A stretch of DNA of 64,000 bases from Gemmatimonadota bacterium (GTDB lineage: Bacteria; Gemmatimonadota; Gemmatimonadetes; Palauibacterales; Palauibacteraceae): the NCBI GenBank assembly GCA_049668445.1, contig JBATJK010000235.1, positions 15,714 through 79,713 on the forward strand, given 5' to 3'. The notes beneath the pieces were generated by a model. That model did no database searches. It saw only the letters and a program-made list of their open reading frames with translations, and was not told the origin of the DNA. Numbering within the stretch: position 1 is the stretch's first letter; every line of letters begins with the position of its first letter. Shown here piece after piece: positions 37,146 through 49,072 of this stretch. Made by a program: the position numbers and the translations under genes.

Positions 37146-38509
37146 CCGCCTTCTCCTTCCGTTGAGGGCTCGAGGTAGATCCCTATGGCATCCCTGGCGA
37201 TCACCTCGGACGGCTCCCCGTCCTCGAACAGCACCTCGATCCGGTTCCCGAGCAGGTAGTTACGGGATGGCTCCTCGGACCGAATGGAATCACGCACGGA
37301 GGCGTAGAACGACCTCGCGCTGCCGAGGGCCATGATACGTTCGGGCTTGGGGTTCGACTCCGCCGGTGCGAGAAGTGAGTCGGCGGGAGCGGGACTGAAG
37401 AAGGCCCGGATCGTGTCCCCCGTGAGCCAGTTCGAACCGGGATCGAGGTCCTTGGCCGCCTCGACCAATGTCTCTCCAGGTATGTGCGGCACGGTCTCCA
37501 CGGAAGAGGCATCTCCCACCGAGGCGATGGAATCGATCCGGCCTGCCGTCAGGAAAAACTCGATCGAGTCACCCGCGAGTTGAAAGCTACCCGAGACAGC
37601 GATCGACCGTCCCTCGCCGAATGCCCACAAGCGCTCGACTTCACCTCCGCTGAACGCGGCCGTCACCAGATCGGACTGGAGCTCGAAGTCCTCGCCGGTC
37701 GCCGCCGCCTCACCGAACGACTCTACCTCTCGAAGCTCGTCGTCGGCGAAGCGAGCCACGACGCTGTCCCCCGTGAGCTCGAATCCCTCCCCCCGAATGA
37801 TCGGGCGCCCGTAAAGGACTCCTACCCCGCTCGCATCGAAGCGCGCACTCTCGGCGGTCGCGTCCAGGTCCGACCTGTGGATCTCGACGTTCCCGCGCGC
37901 GAATGCCTGCTCTTCTCCCTGGAATTCAGCCTCGTCGGCGTCCACGAGGAAGGGCTCCGTCCCCGGCCCGCCGGTCGGCAACTCCATGTGCGGCCTTCCG
38001 GTGGCGATCGTGCGGTTTCCCTGAAACGGAGTGCGCATGAAGTCGACCCGCGGCCCCTCCAGCGTCGCACCGGATCGCAGGCGCTCGAGCCGCACATCAC
38101 CCACCGCGATGACACGGTCGGTCAATCCGTAGTATGTCACCGTGTCCGCATCCAGCACCCGCGTCGTGTCCCTGTAGCGAACACTCCCGATCATCCGGGC
38201 TTCAGAGCGGTGTTCCAGGTGCACCGCGCTATCTCCGGTCATGGAAGCATCGCCACACTGGCCGATGACCAGCCCACCACCAAGGTGCATGGCATAACGG
38301 CCCTCGGAACCGGGGATCGCCAGCATGTTGCTTCTGGGCTGATCAGCGGACCCGGACGCCGCGACCACCCGGACCCTGAGCTGGCAGCTTGGAGCGCCCT
38401 GCGCCTCGGCCGACCCGGGAGCTGCCAGCGCCGCCAGAATGACGAACGCGGAGCCGGCACAGAGAGAACGCATGGACGTGAAACCCGTTGGCTGCAGGCT
38501 CGTGGTCAT
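37142..38509 (-). CDS. lptA: LptA/OstA-family periplasmic LPS transport protein (unusually long, ~440-455 aa)
   Basis: Signal peptide ([24 protein letters not shown]; internal ATG at 38473 is an alternative start). Repeated OstA-like beta-jellyroll segments. Its stop overlaps the lptB start, and ATGA overlaps the lptC stop at 38509. Confidence 0.72.
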   Translation of the reverse strand: MTTSLQPTGFTSMRSLCAGSAFVILAALAAPGSAEAQGAPSCQLRVRVVAASGSADQPRSNMLAIPGSEGRYAMHLGGGLVIGQCGDASMTGDSAVHLEHRSEARMIGSVRYRDTTRVLDADTVTYYGLTDRVIAVGDVRLERLRSGATLEGPRVDFMRTPFQGNRTIATGRPHMELPTGGPGTEPFLVDADEAEFQGEEQAFARGNVEIHRSDLDATAESARFDASGVGVLYGRPIIRGEGFELTGDSVVARFADDELREVESFGEAAATGEDFELQSDLVTAAFSGGEVERLWAFGEGRSIAVSGSFQLAGDSIEFFLTAGRIDSIASVGDASSVETVPHIPGETLVEAAKDLDPGSNWLTGDTIRAFFSPAPADSLLAPAESNPKPERIMALGSARSFYASVRDSIRSEEPSRNYLLGNRIEVLFEDGEPSEVIARDAIGIYLEPSTEGEGG

Positions 38510-39102
38510 TCAGGCAGCGTGCGCCGGCCAGCGGTGGGGTCTCCTTCCGACACGAAGCTGGGATTGAGGCTCTGAACGTTCTCGAGCTGCGCGTCGCTGA
38601 CGAAACTGGCCCCCCTCATCTCCAGACCTGGCCGGTACAATACGAAAGCCGTGTCCCCGTAGAGAGAATCCGCCGCCGCGACGTAACGAAGCCTCTCGGT
38701 CACCAGGCGCTTGGACCCCACGGCCTCGGTGACCTCGACCCCGCCTCTGACCTCGACGTCGCCCGTTTCGAACTGGTACTCACCCTCCCGCCCGGTCAGC
38801 ACCCCCTCTTCGAGTCCCGTACTGCCGTAGAACGTAATGACCAGATTGCGCAACTCGAGCAGGCCCTCCTCCTGGAAACTGAAGGCCGTGTCTGCCACCA
38901 GTATCCCATTCCGCACGCCTGCTCTGGTGAGGTTCATCTCGACCCCGACCAGCACCTGATCGGCCTCGAGACCCAGCAACGTGTCCGAGGCCAAGGGCTT
39001 CTGGCTCTCCTTCTCGCAGCCGCCCATTGCCGGAAGACAGATCAGAACGAGGGCAGCCCCGCTCAACCTGGCCCTGGCGGGCCGACTCCATGGCCTGCTC
39101 AC
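38506..39102 (-). CDS. lptC: LptC-like periplasmic LPS transport protein (lipoprotein form)
   Basis: 198 aa. Lipobox LVLICLPAMGGC. LptC-like beta-jellyroll. ATGA overlap with the kdsD stop. Confidence 0.68.
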   Translation of the reverse strand: MSRPWSRPARARLSGAALVLICLPAMGGCEKESQKPLASDTLLGLEADQVLVGVEMNLTRAGVRNGILVADTAFSFQEEGLLELRNLVITFYGSTGLEEGVLTGREGEYQFETGDVEVRGGVEVTEAVGSKRLVTERLRYVAAADSLYGDTAFVLYRPGLEMRGASFVSDAQLENVQSLNPSFVSEGDPTAGRRTLPE

Positions 39103-40094
39103 GTCAATCCGGCCCGCAGCAGGTCGTGCAGGTGGACCATGCCCAGCAATCCGTCGTCGGGTCCCACCACGGGCATCGCCATGATGCCATATTCCTGCAT
39201 CTGAGACAGTGCTCGGGTGGCCATCTCTCCCGGCCCGATCGTCTTCGGAGTCGGGTTCATGGCCCGGTCGACCGAGTGCGAGAGGAAGTCCGCGTGCCCG
39301 TCCGCGTAACGGGTGAGATCGCCCGCCGTGATGACGCCCACGACCCGCGATGCGTCATCGAGAATCGGTACCGTACCCTGCCGGTGCGCGATTTCGTGCA
39401 TGGCGGCAGCGAGATTGCCGTCGGCCGGCAGCCTCGGAACGCGATCATCGTCCGTGACCATCACGTCCCGGACGGTGAGGGTCAGGCGCCGCCCGAGGTC
39501 CCCGCCCGGGTGCAAACGCGCGAAGTCCTCCGGCCCGAATCCCCGCACCTCGGATACCGCCATGGCCAGGGCATCGCCCATGGCCAGCGCGGCCGTGCTG
39601 CTGGCTGTAGGGGCCAGGTCGTGCGGACATGCCTCCACCTGCACGCTGACGTCCAGGACCAGATCCGCCCTGCTCGCGAGCTTCGACTGCGGTTCAGCGG
39701 TCAGCGCGATGACGGGGATGTCCAGCCGCCCGAGAACGGGCATCAGGCTCTCCAGCTCTGCGGACTCTCCGCTCTTCGAGATAGCCAGCAGGAGGTCCCC
39801 CCGGACGAGCATACCGACGTCGCCGTGAGCAGCTTCCACCGGGTGCAGGAAGATCGCCGGTGTGCCGGTGGACGAGAAGGTCGAGGCAAGCTTGCGGGCG
39901 ACGATCCCCGACTTCCCAATACCCGTGACAACGACGCGGCCCGAAATCGATCCTATCGTCTCTACGGCCTTGACGAAGGGCGCTCCGAGGCGTCCCGCCA
40001 TAGACGCCACGCTCTCGCTCTCGATGCGCAGAACCTCACGGCCACGCTCGATGATCCGCGACGCGTGCGTCTGATCGCCGCCGCCGTCACTCAC
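39099..40094 (-). CDS. kdsD: Arabinose-5-phosphate isomerase (KdsD/KpsF; SIS plus tandem CBS)
   Basis: SIS motif VVVTGIGKSGIVARKLASTFSSTGTPAIFLHP..EAAHGDLGM, plus a C-terminal CBS pair. GTG start at 40094-40092, 2 nt after the kdsC stop. The ORF to 40226 is an over-extension. Confidence 0.85.
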   Translation of the reverse strand: MSDGGGDQTHASRIIERGREVLRIESESVASMAGRLGAPFVKAVETIGSISGRVVVTGIGKSGIVARKLASTFSSTGTPAIFLHPVEAAHGDVGMLVRGDLLLAISKSGESAELESLMPVLGRLDIPVIALTAEPQSKLASRADLVLDVSVQVEACPHDLAPTASSTAALAMGDALAMAVSEVRGFGPEDFARLHPGGDLGRRLTLTVRDVMVTDDDRVPRLPADGNLAAAMHEIAHRQGTVPILDDASRVVGVITAGDLTRYADGHADFLSHSVDRAMNPTPKTIGPGEMATRALSQMQEYGIMAMPVVGPDDGLLGMVHLHDLLRAGLT

Positions 40095-40661
40095 TCTTGC
40101 TCGACCTCCAGTGCTCAAAGCACTCAGCAACGTACCCTTCGACGAGCGAATCCCATTCCCCTCGCGCCCTGAGAAGGGCCTCGGTGAACTCTCGAACAGC
40201 ACCCGCCCCCCCACACACGTCACCAACCCAGTCCGCGGCCTCCTTGACCTCGGGCACGGCGTTGGCCACAGCCGCTGGTAGCCCTACCTCACGAAGCACC
40301 GGAAGGTCCGCCAGATCGTCAGCGAGGAATGCCGCCTCGTCCCAACCCGCACCGGCACGTCGAAGGATCCCGTCTACGGTTGCGAGCTTGCCGAACGGTG
40401 AGACCTGGTGGATCTCCTTGATGCCCAGAGTCTCGGCTCGCTTGCGCACGGGCAGCGATACCTTGCCCGAGACGATGGCCACCTCCAGACCCGCCCGACT
40501 GAGCATGTGAATGCCGAGCCCGTCATGCACGTGAAACCGCCGTGCCTCGGTCACCCGATCCTCGTCCGCGGACACGTACAGTCCACCATCGGTCATCACG
40601 CCATCCGCATCCAGGAGGACCACTCGGACCCTGCGACCCTGCTCCGGGGACACGGAACTCA

Positions 40662-40665
<4 letters not shown>
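40087..40665 (-). CDS. kdsC: 3-deoxy-D-manno-octulosonate 8-phosphate phosphatase (HAD)
   Basis: HAD motif I VLLDADGVMTDG. KdsC core (FHVHDGLGIHMLSRAGLEVAIVSG). ATG at 40665 overlaps the kdsA stop (ATGA). The long upstream ORF extension is rejected. Confidence 0.8.
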
Positions 40666-43165
<2,500 letters not shown>

Positions 43166-43361
43166 TCACTTTCGGGTGTATATGGCGTTGCCCCGGCAAA
43201 GCTGGTCCTGGATGGGGAACACGGCTTCAGGAGAAGCGTCGACGCACGGTTTCTGGCCGGAGGCAGAGGCGACCGCGAGGGGCCGAAAGCGGATGCGTGA
43301 CGACGGTAAATTCACGCTCCGTAAACTAATCCGTGCCGGAAGGCGCTGTCAAAGGGTCCGC

Positions 43362-44852
43362 TCAGAGATCCCCCGGGAACCTGAAGATGGCATAGCCTCT
43401 CGCATCGCCCGCGTCGGGATCCCATGCAACGCCCCCTTCGAGAACCCAGAATCGAAGCCCTGCCACGACGTTGACTCGCCAGTCGGCCGACTGCCCCTCC
43501 GCCCAGGCTCGCCCGGTACCCACCCGGGCGAAGACCCCCGGGGCCCCCAGCATACCGGCCGTCAACGCTTCGATCGGAATGGCGTACCCGACGTGCCCGT
43601 ACACCACGCGCGGTCCCCGGAACGCCATCACATCGAAGGTCGGAAGGGTCGCGCGACCGCCGAAGCCGGTCCATCTCTGTCCGGGGAGCGAGCCCGCCAG
43701 ATCACCTCTGACCAGAGCGAAGAGATCCAGCTCGTGGCTCCCGAAGCCAGGCGTAAGCCATCGAGCCGTCACCTCGCCGAGGAGATACGAGAAGTCACCG
43801 GCCAGGGTGGAATCCGCTCCCTCAAGGAGGACCTTCCCCACCAGCAGTCCGTTCTCGCCGGTGCTTCGATCCGCGGAGACGGACAGTGCGGCACTCCACG
43901 CGCTGCCGTCATCGATCGGCGGGTTGTCCCGCACCGTGTCCGACCCGAACAACGTGAAGTGATCCCCTGCCCTTCGACTCCAGGCATCCTCCCATTCCAC
44001 CCGGAACATCGGAGTCCACCACCGCTCCCCACTTCCACGCAGAACGAACGCGACCCGATCGGCACCGTAGTAGTCCCTGAAGTCGTCGCCGAGGAAGAGA
44101 TAGGAGAGTGAATTGGACACGCCTCCCCGGATCCAGTCCTCGTTGGTCCGCGTGATGCGCTCGGCCTCGATACCGAATTCCACGGGACCCGGGTGCCAGA
44201 ACTGACGTACCGTGCCCTCCACCTCGCCCTGCCCGGAGCGGTACCTGCCCACCAGCTCGAGAGTCGGCTGCCACGCCCAGGTCACCGCTCGCAGCGTGAT
44301 ACCCCAGGCCGCGGTCATGGCACTCGAGCGATCGTAGGTGGGAGCCCCAAAGCCGTACAGCCCGTGCAGATCGACGACATCGGGCACGTCCACGACCGGG
44401 TGGATCTCGAAGCCTCCCCCGGATGGCATTACCGTGTAGCGCTCTGCCGGTCGCCACATCACCTCGCCATCCACCGTGGCCATTCCGGATCCGTGATAGC
44501 CACCGCTCAGGACCACGATGTCACCCGACACGTGCGCCCCCGGTCTCAGGAACAGGTCGCCGTCGACGACGTAGATGTCGCCCGCTACCGATCCGGCCAG
44601 CCGTACCTGGGCCTCGAGCACGAGAAGATCGCCGGATACCTGTCCCTCGGAAGAGACGACCGTGTCCCGTGTCCACACCTGCGCGTCCCCGCGCGCCAGG
44701 AAGTCTGCGAGCTTCGAATCGAGGTCGTTGCCTTTCCGGGGCTCGAAAGCGACGTCCTGGGCAACGAGAGGCGGTGCCAGGAGCGCCATCGCCAGGGACA
44801 GCCACAGGGCAGACCGAACCGGGCGGCGACCCGACGCTCGCAGGGCCTTCAC
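43362..44852 (-). CDS. Secreted hypothetical protein: N-terminal beta-helix-like G-D-V/I repeat region plus large C-terminal domain (possible outer-membrane / surface protein)
   Basis: GTG start at 44852 overlapping the nitroreductase stop (GTGA). Signal peptide MKALRASGRRPVRSALWLSLAMALLAPPLVAQD. Repeats SGDLLVLEAQVRLAGSVAGDIYVVDGDLFLRPGAHVSGDIVVLSGG reminiscent of bactofilin/DUF4097-type beta-helices. C-terminal ~330 aa rich in Gly/aromatic alternations. No confident family. Confidence 0.55.
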   Translation of the reverse strand: MKALRASGRRPVRSALWLSLAMALLAPPLVAQDVAFEPRKGNDLDSKLADFLARGDAQVWTRDTVVSSEGQVSGDLLVLEAQVRLAGSVAGDIYVVDGDLFLRPGAHVSGDIVVLSGGYHGSGMATVDGEVMWRPAERYTVMPSGGGFEIHPVVDVPDVVDLHGLYGFGAPTYDRSSAMTAAWGITLRAVTWAWQPTLELVGRYRSGQGEVEGTVRQFWHPGPVEFGIEAERITRTNEDWIRGGVSNSLSYLFLGDDFRDYYGADRVAFVLRGSGERWWTPMFRVEWEDAWSRRAGDHFTLFGSDTVRDNPPIDDGSAWSAALSVSADRSTGENGLLVGKVLLEGADSTLAGDFSYLLGEVTARWLTPGFGSHELDLFALVRGDLAGSLPGQRWTGFGGRATLPTFDVMAFRGPRVVYGHVGYAIPIEALTAGMLGAPGVFARVGTGRAWAEGQSADWRVNVVAGLRFWVLEGGVAWDPDAGDARGYAIFRFPGDL

Positions 44853-45397
44853 TGTTCCCCGCCCCCACCGGTGGCGTTCCAACGATCCCACGCAATGCTC
44901 TCGTCCTCGGATCGGCGGGCCGCCAGGCGCTGGAAACCATCGGGGTACCCGAGTGCCAGCAGGGTCACGACCGGCACATCGGCCGGAATGCCCACGGCCT
45001 CCCGTACCGCTCCCTCACGAAATCCCGTGATCCAGGCGGTGGCGAGGCTCATGTCCGCCGCCCCCAGGACCATCGCTTCCGTGGCAGCGGCCAGGTCGAT
45101 CGGATGGCTCGGCCGACCACTTCCGGCGATGTTGGAATGAACCCTCGCGCATCCGACGATCAGGGCGGGAGCCGTGCGGATCAGGTCACCCTGGAACACC
45201 GCCCGAGCGATCTGGTGGCGCGTCAGAGCGTCCTGGACCACCACGAATCGCCACGGCTGGTCTTCGCGGGCCGATGGCGCGCAGCGCGCGCACTCCAGCA
45301 CCCGGAGAAGGATCTCCGGTGGTATGCGTCGATCGGCGAACCGGCGCACGGATTGCCGGTTGCGGGACAGGTTGAGTACACGGGAAACGGCGCTCAC
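44849..45397 (-). CDS. Nitroreductase-family protein
   Basis: 182 aa. RSVRRFADRRIPPEILLRVLECARCAPSAREDQPWRFVVV is a typical nitroreductase N-terminus. Confidence 0.8.
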   Translation of the reverse strand: MSAVSRVLNLSRNRQSVRRFADRRIPPEILLRVLECARCAPSAREDQPWRFVVVQDALTRHQIARAVFQGDLIRTAPALIVGCARVHSNIAGSGRPSHPIDLAAATEAMVLGAADMSLATAWITGFREGAVREAVGIPADVPVVTLLALGYPDGFQRLAARRSEDESIAWDRWNATGGGGEQ

Positions 45398-45403
45398 CCG
45401 GAG

Positions 45404-46357
45404 CTACCCCCGCGGATGGTGCTGGCGATGTTCGTCCTGAAGATATCGGCGGTCAACATGCGTGTATATCTGGGTCGTAGAGATGTCAGCGTGCCCCAAC
45501 ATTTCCTGCACGGCAACCAGATCGGCCCCTCCCTCAAGCAAGTGCGTCGCGAAGCTGTGCCGGAAGGTGTGCGGCGTGACCTTCTTGTCGATTCCAGCGT
45601 TGCGCACGTGCTTGTCGATGATCTTCCAGGCCCCCATGCGACTCAGTGGCCGCCCGTGCTGATTCAGGAAGACCACTCCCTCCGACTGCCCCCGGTCGAG
45701 CCTCGGTCGTCGTTCTCGAAGGTAGCGCTGCAGCACCCGTACCGCACGACCTCCCAGTGGCACGATTCGTCGCTTGTCGCCCTTGCCCAGGACGGACACC
45801 AGGCCCTCATCCAAAGACAGGTCCCGAAGCCGCAGGCCAATCAACTCCGAGATGCGAAGACCAGCGCCATACAGCGTCTCGAGCATCGCGGCGTCGCGCG
45901 AGCCGTTGGCGTACGCCTCGGGAGCCAGGGCACCCACGGTGTCCAGTATGACCTCGACTTCGGAATAGCTCAGTACGTCTGGAAGAGCGCGGTTGACCCG
46001 CGGACTCTCGAGCTTCTCCGTAGGGTCTTCCGACAGGTGTCCCTCTTCGACCAGGAAGCCGAAATAGGTACGGAGCGCCGACCGGCTGCGAGCCACACTG
46101 CGCGCCGAAAGACCACGATCCCCGAGGTCCGCCAGGTGCGCCCTCAAGTCGTCGTAACCCACGGCCTCGGGTTGGCCGATACCCCGCTGGGACACATAGG
46201 CGACCAGCGACCCACAATCCGCCAGGTACGCCCGGACTGTACTCCTGGCCAGGCCTCGTTCGTACAGCAGAAAATCAGAAAATTCCTCGAGCCGGAACCG
46301 ACGGCGCAGTGCATCCGGGAGCACTCCCGCCGGTCCAGCGGAGGCCCCGTCAGCCAT
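45404..46357 (-). CDS. xerD: Tyrosine recombinase XerD/XerC-type
   Basis: N-terminal SAM-like domain (FLLYERGLARSTVRAYLADC). Catalytic R...HxxR...Y: TFRHSFATHLLEGGADLVAVQEMLGHADISTTQIYTHV. No flanking repeats seen, so treated as the chromosomal dimer-resolution recombinase. Confidence 0.85.
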   Translation of the reverse strand: MADGASAGPAGVLPDALRRRFRLEEFSDFLLYERGLARSTVRAYLADCGSLVAYVSQRGIGQPEAVGYDDLRAHLADLGDRGLSARSVARSRSALRTYFGFLVEEGHLSEDPTEKLESPRVNRALPDVLSYSEVEVILDTVGALAPEAYANGSRDAAMLETLYGAGLRISELIGLRLRDLSLDEGLVSVLGKGDKRRIVPLGGRAVRVLQRYLRERRPRLDRGQSEGVVFLNQHGRPLSRMGAWKIIDKHVRNAGIDKKVTPHTFRHSFATHLLEGGADLVAVQEMLGHADISTTQIYTHVDRRYLQDEHRQHHPRG

Positions 46358-46991
46358 CTCGCGGTCCCCTCGGAACGTCGCCGTGCCGTGAGCGCCACCA
46401 TAGCCAGGCCAACACCACCGCCACGAGCAGCGCCAGCAGACCCGCCGTTGTGTTCACCGCAGTGAGGGCGCTCACGATGCGCGGGACGTTGCGTGACGCG
46501 AACACTCCTCCGACCACCAGAGCCGCGTACCAGACCGCCGATGCGATCGCCAGGGGGATCGCCGTGCGCCAGAAGGCAAGCCGGCTGATTCCTGCAAAGG
46601 CGGGCACGAGCACACGAAACACAGGGAAGAAGCGGCTCACGAGGATCGTGAGGGCACCATAGTCCTCGTAGAACAACGACATCCGCTCGAGCTGAGCCGG
46701 CCTGAGAAGCCAGCGCCCCCACCTCGTCGAGAAGATGCCTCCACCGAAGTGACGGGCCGCCAGATAGACGCACAGGGCGAGAACGAGGTTGCTTGTCCAC
46801 GCCACCAGGAAGACGAGCCGAACGTCGAGAATACCTCGATCCGCCAGGATCCCACCGGCCACGACGACCACGTCCGACGGAACGGGTGGAAAGAGGTTCT
46901 CCACCGCGGCGCCGACGCCGACGAGCAGGTAGACCATCTCGACCGGAACTTCGCCGACGAGGCGAAGGAAGGCCTCGAGTTGCTCCTGCAC
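46350..46991 (-). CDS. DedA/TVP38-family membrane protein (second paralog)
   Basis: 213 aa polytopic. DedA core (VENLFPPVPSDVVVVAGG...RFFPVFRVLVPAFAGISRL). Stop overlaps the xerD start by 8 nt. Confidence 0.8.
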   Translation of the reverse strand: MQEQLEAFLRLVGEVPVEMVYLLVGVGAAVENLFPPVPSDVVVVAGGILADRGILDVRLVFLVAWTSNLVLALCVYLAARHFGGGIFSTRWGRWLLRPAQLERMSLFYEDYGALTILVSRFFPVFRVLVPAFAGISRLAFWRTAIPLAIASAVWYAALVVGGVFASRNVPRIVSALTAVNTTAGLLALLVAVVLAWLWWRSRHGDVPRGPRDG

Positions 46992-47000
46992 GGCCCCGAC

Positions 47001-47516
47001 CTATCCGCCCGTGCGGATCGAGGCATGCAGCGTGTCGATATCTCCGATCTGATCGAGCAGAACGACTGCCATCACGGCGAGTCCTTCGCCACGACCGATC
47101 CACCCCATGCCCTCGTTCGTCTTCCCCTTGATGGAGATGCACGACCTGGCGATGCGCAGCAGTTCGGCGATGCGCTCGGCCATCTCATCGACCCACGGAC
47201 CGATTCGAGGAGACTCGGTGACTATGGTCACATCGGCATTCACCACCTGGTAGTTCCGCTCCTCGATCGCGCGTACCGTGGCGGCGAGGAGTCCCATCGA
47301 ATCCGCCCCCTCCCAGCGGGGGTCGGTATCCGGGAAATGTTGACCGATGTCTCCGAGAGCCGACGCGCCGAGGAGGGCGTCGATCAGAGCGTGGGCGACC
47401 GCGTCTCCGTCAGAGTGTCCCTTGAGACCGGCGTGGTCAGGCAGCCGAACTCCGCCAAGGACGAGGGGCCGCCCGGACTCAAAGCGATGTGAATCATAGC
47501 CGATACCGACGCGCAC
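47001..47516 (-). CDS. ispF: 2-C-methyl-D-erythritol 2,4-cyclodiphosphate synthase
   Basis: MRVGIGYDSHRF...GHSDGDAVAHALIDALLGA...GDIG is the IspF signature. Confidence 0.9.
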   Translation of the reverse strand: MRVGIGYDSHRFESGRPLVLGGVRLPDHAGLKGHSDGDAVAHALIDALLGASALGDIGQHFPDTDPRWEGADSMGLLAATVRAIEERNYQVVNADVTIVTESPRIGPWVDEMAERIAELLRIARSCISIKGKTNEGMGWIGRGEGLAVMAVVLLDQIGDIDTLHASIRTGG

Positions 47517-47543
47517 AGGGCCTCCTATCGGCCAGCTTCCGGG

Positions 47544-47954
47544 TCAGGCCTCGCGACCGACCCCGAGCAGGCGGAGCGCCAGGTAGGCCGCGTTCCGCGA
47601 GTTGTCGATGCCGACCGCGGCCACAGGGACGCCGGGAGGCATCTGAACGATGGACAGAAGGGCGTCAAGACCCCCGAGCGTGCCTGCCGAGATCGGAACT
47701 CCAATCACGGGTAGCCGCGTGTGTGCGGCGACCACGCCCGGGAGCGCCGCGGACAGACCCGCTCCACAGATGATGGTCCCAAAGCCCTCCGCCTCGGCCG
47801 AAGTCGCCACCTCAGCCGTACGAACCGGGTCCCGATGGGCGCTGCTCACGACCACCTCGACCTCCACGCCAGCCTCGGCGAGCACGTCGACTCCCTTCTG
47901 CATCACGGGTCGGTCGGATTCAGACCCCATCATGACGAGCACTCGTCCACCCAT
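47544..47954 (-). CDS. purE: 5-(carboxyamino)imidazole ribonucleotide mutase
   Basis: VLVMMGSESDRPVM...VVSSAHRDP...IICGAGLSAALPGVVAAHTRLPVIGVP matches PurE. ATG at 47954-47952 overlaps the upstream stop by 1 nt. Confidence 0.85.
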   Translation of the reverse strand: MGGRVLVMMGSESDRPVMQKGVDVLAEAGVEVEVVVSSAHRDPVRTAEVATSAEAEGFGTIICGAGLSAALPGVVAAHTRLPVIGVPISAGTLGGLDALLSIVQMPPGVPVAAVGIDNSRNAAYLALRLLGVGREA

Positions 47955-49072
47955 CAGACACCTCTCCTGTCCAGGCAAACCGCACAACCACAATACCAAT
48001 CCAGGTCGTCTCGGACCGAGGAGTAGTCCTGGTATCTGGGCACGGCCTTGAAGCCCGCTTCTTCAATGAATCGTACCAGCATCGGACGGGGCATGATGAA
48101 GTCCGTCCCCGTAGCCGACACCACGTTCTCCTCCATCATCAGTGAGCCGAAGTCATTGCACCCGAAGTGCAGGGCCACCTGCGCCACCTTCGGCCCCTGG
48201 GTGACGTAGCTCACCTGGAGGTTGCGAACATTGTCAATCACCAGGCGCGAGATCGCCACGGTCTTCAGGTACTCGGCTGCTGTCGCCTCCGGCGTGCCGT
48301 CCATCTCCGTACCGTCTGACTGGAGAGTCCACGGAATGAACGCGGTGAAGCCACCGGTCTCCCGCTGCAGATCGCGCACCCGGATCATGTGCTCGACCCT
48401 GTCCTCCCGGCTCTCCCCTGCCCCGAACATCATCGTCGCCGAACTCAGCAAACCCCGGCCGTGCACCGCCCGGTGGATATCCAGCCACCGTCCAGTATCG
48501 ATCTTTTTCTTCGCGATGCGATCCCGCACACCGTCCACCAGTATCTCCGCACCGGCCCCCGGTACCGAGTCGAGTCCGGCGTCCATCAATTCGCCGACGA
48601 CCGTATCCACGTCCAGCTTGTGGACTCGAGCGATGATGTCGAGCTCGGACGCCGAGAACCCGTGCACGTGGATGGGGTGATGCGTCTTGATGTAGTCGAG
48701 CAGACCCGTGTAGTAGTCCAGTTTCAGATACGGATTGTGCCCGCCCTGCATGAGGATCTGTACCGCGCCGATCGCTTTCGCTTCATCGATTTTGGCCCCG
48801 ATCTGCTCGTTCGTAAGGACATAACCCTCTTCGTGACCCGGTCGTCGATAGAAGGCGCAGAACGAGCAGTCCGTGACACACACGTTGGTATAATTGATGT
48901 TGCGGTCCGCGATGTACGAGACAACCCCACCCGGCACAGCCGCCCTGGCCCGCTCACGGGCCATGGCCCCCAGTTCCAGCAGCGGCCGATCGTAAAGGGA
49001 AGCGTACTCGGCCCGTTCCGCGGCATCCACCGGTTCAAGGGCGGTCGACGGACCGCTCACACCCGTGGTCAT
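47954..49072 (-). CDS. Radical SAM enzyme of the MqnC/MqnE (CofH-like) family, futalosine menaquinone pathway
   Basis: CVTDCSFCAF (CxxxCxxC). 372 aa. Strong family resemblance to cyclic dehypoxanthinyl futalosine synthase / aminofutalosine synthase. Which of the two it is cannot be decided by eye. Confidence 0.78.
   Translation of the reverse strand: MTTGVSGPSTALEPVDAAERAEYASLYDRPLLELGAMARERARAAVPGGVVSYIADRNINYTNVCVTDCSFCAFYRRPGHEEGYVLTNEQIGAKIDEAKAIGAVQILMQGGHNPYLKLDYYTGLLDYIKTHHPIHVHGFSASELDIIARVHKLDVDTVVGELMDAGLDSVPGAGAEILVDGVRDRIAKKKIDTGRWLDIHRAVHGRGLLSSATMMFGAGESREDRVEHMIRVRDLQRETGGFTAFIPWTLQSDGTEMDGTPEATAAEYLKTVAISRLVIDNVRNLQVSYVTQGPKVAQVALHFGCNDFGSLMMEENVVSATGTDFIMPRPMLVRFIEEAGFKAVPRYQDYSSVRDDLDWYCGCAVCLDRRGV

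Noticed and set aside
45404-46357. Tyrosine recombinase as a sign of an integrated mobile element
   Set aside because: It has the XerC/XerD architecture and catalytic motifs. It is embedded in a co-directional, overlapping housekeeping array (dedA-xerD-nitroreductase). There are no flanking direct repeats, tRNA, or phage/transposase genes. It is therefore treated as the chromosomal dimer-resolution recombinase.
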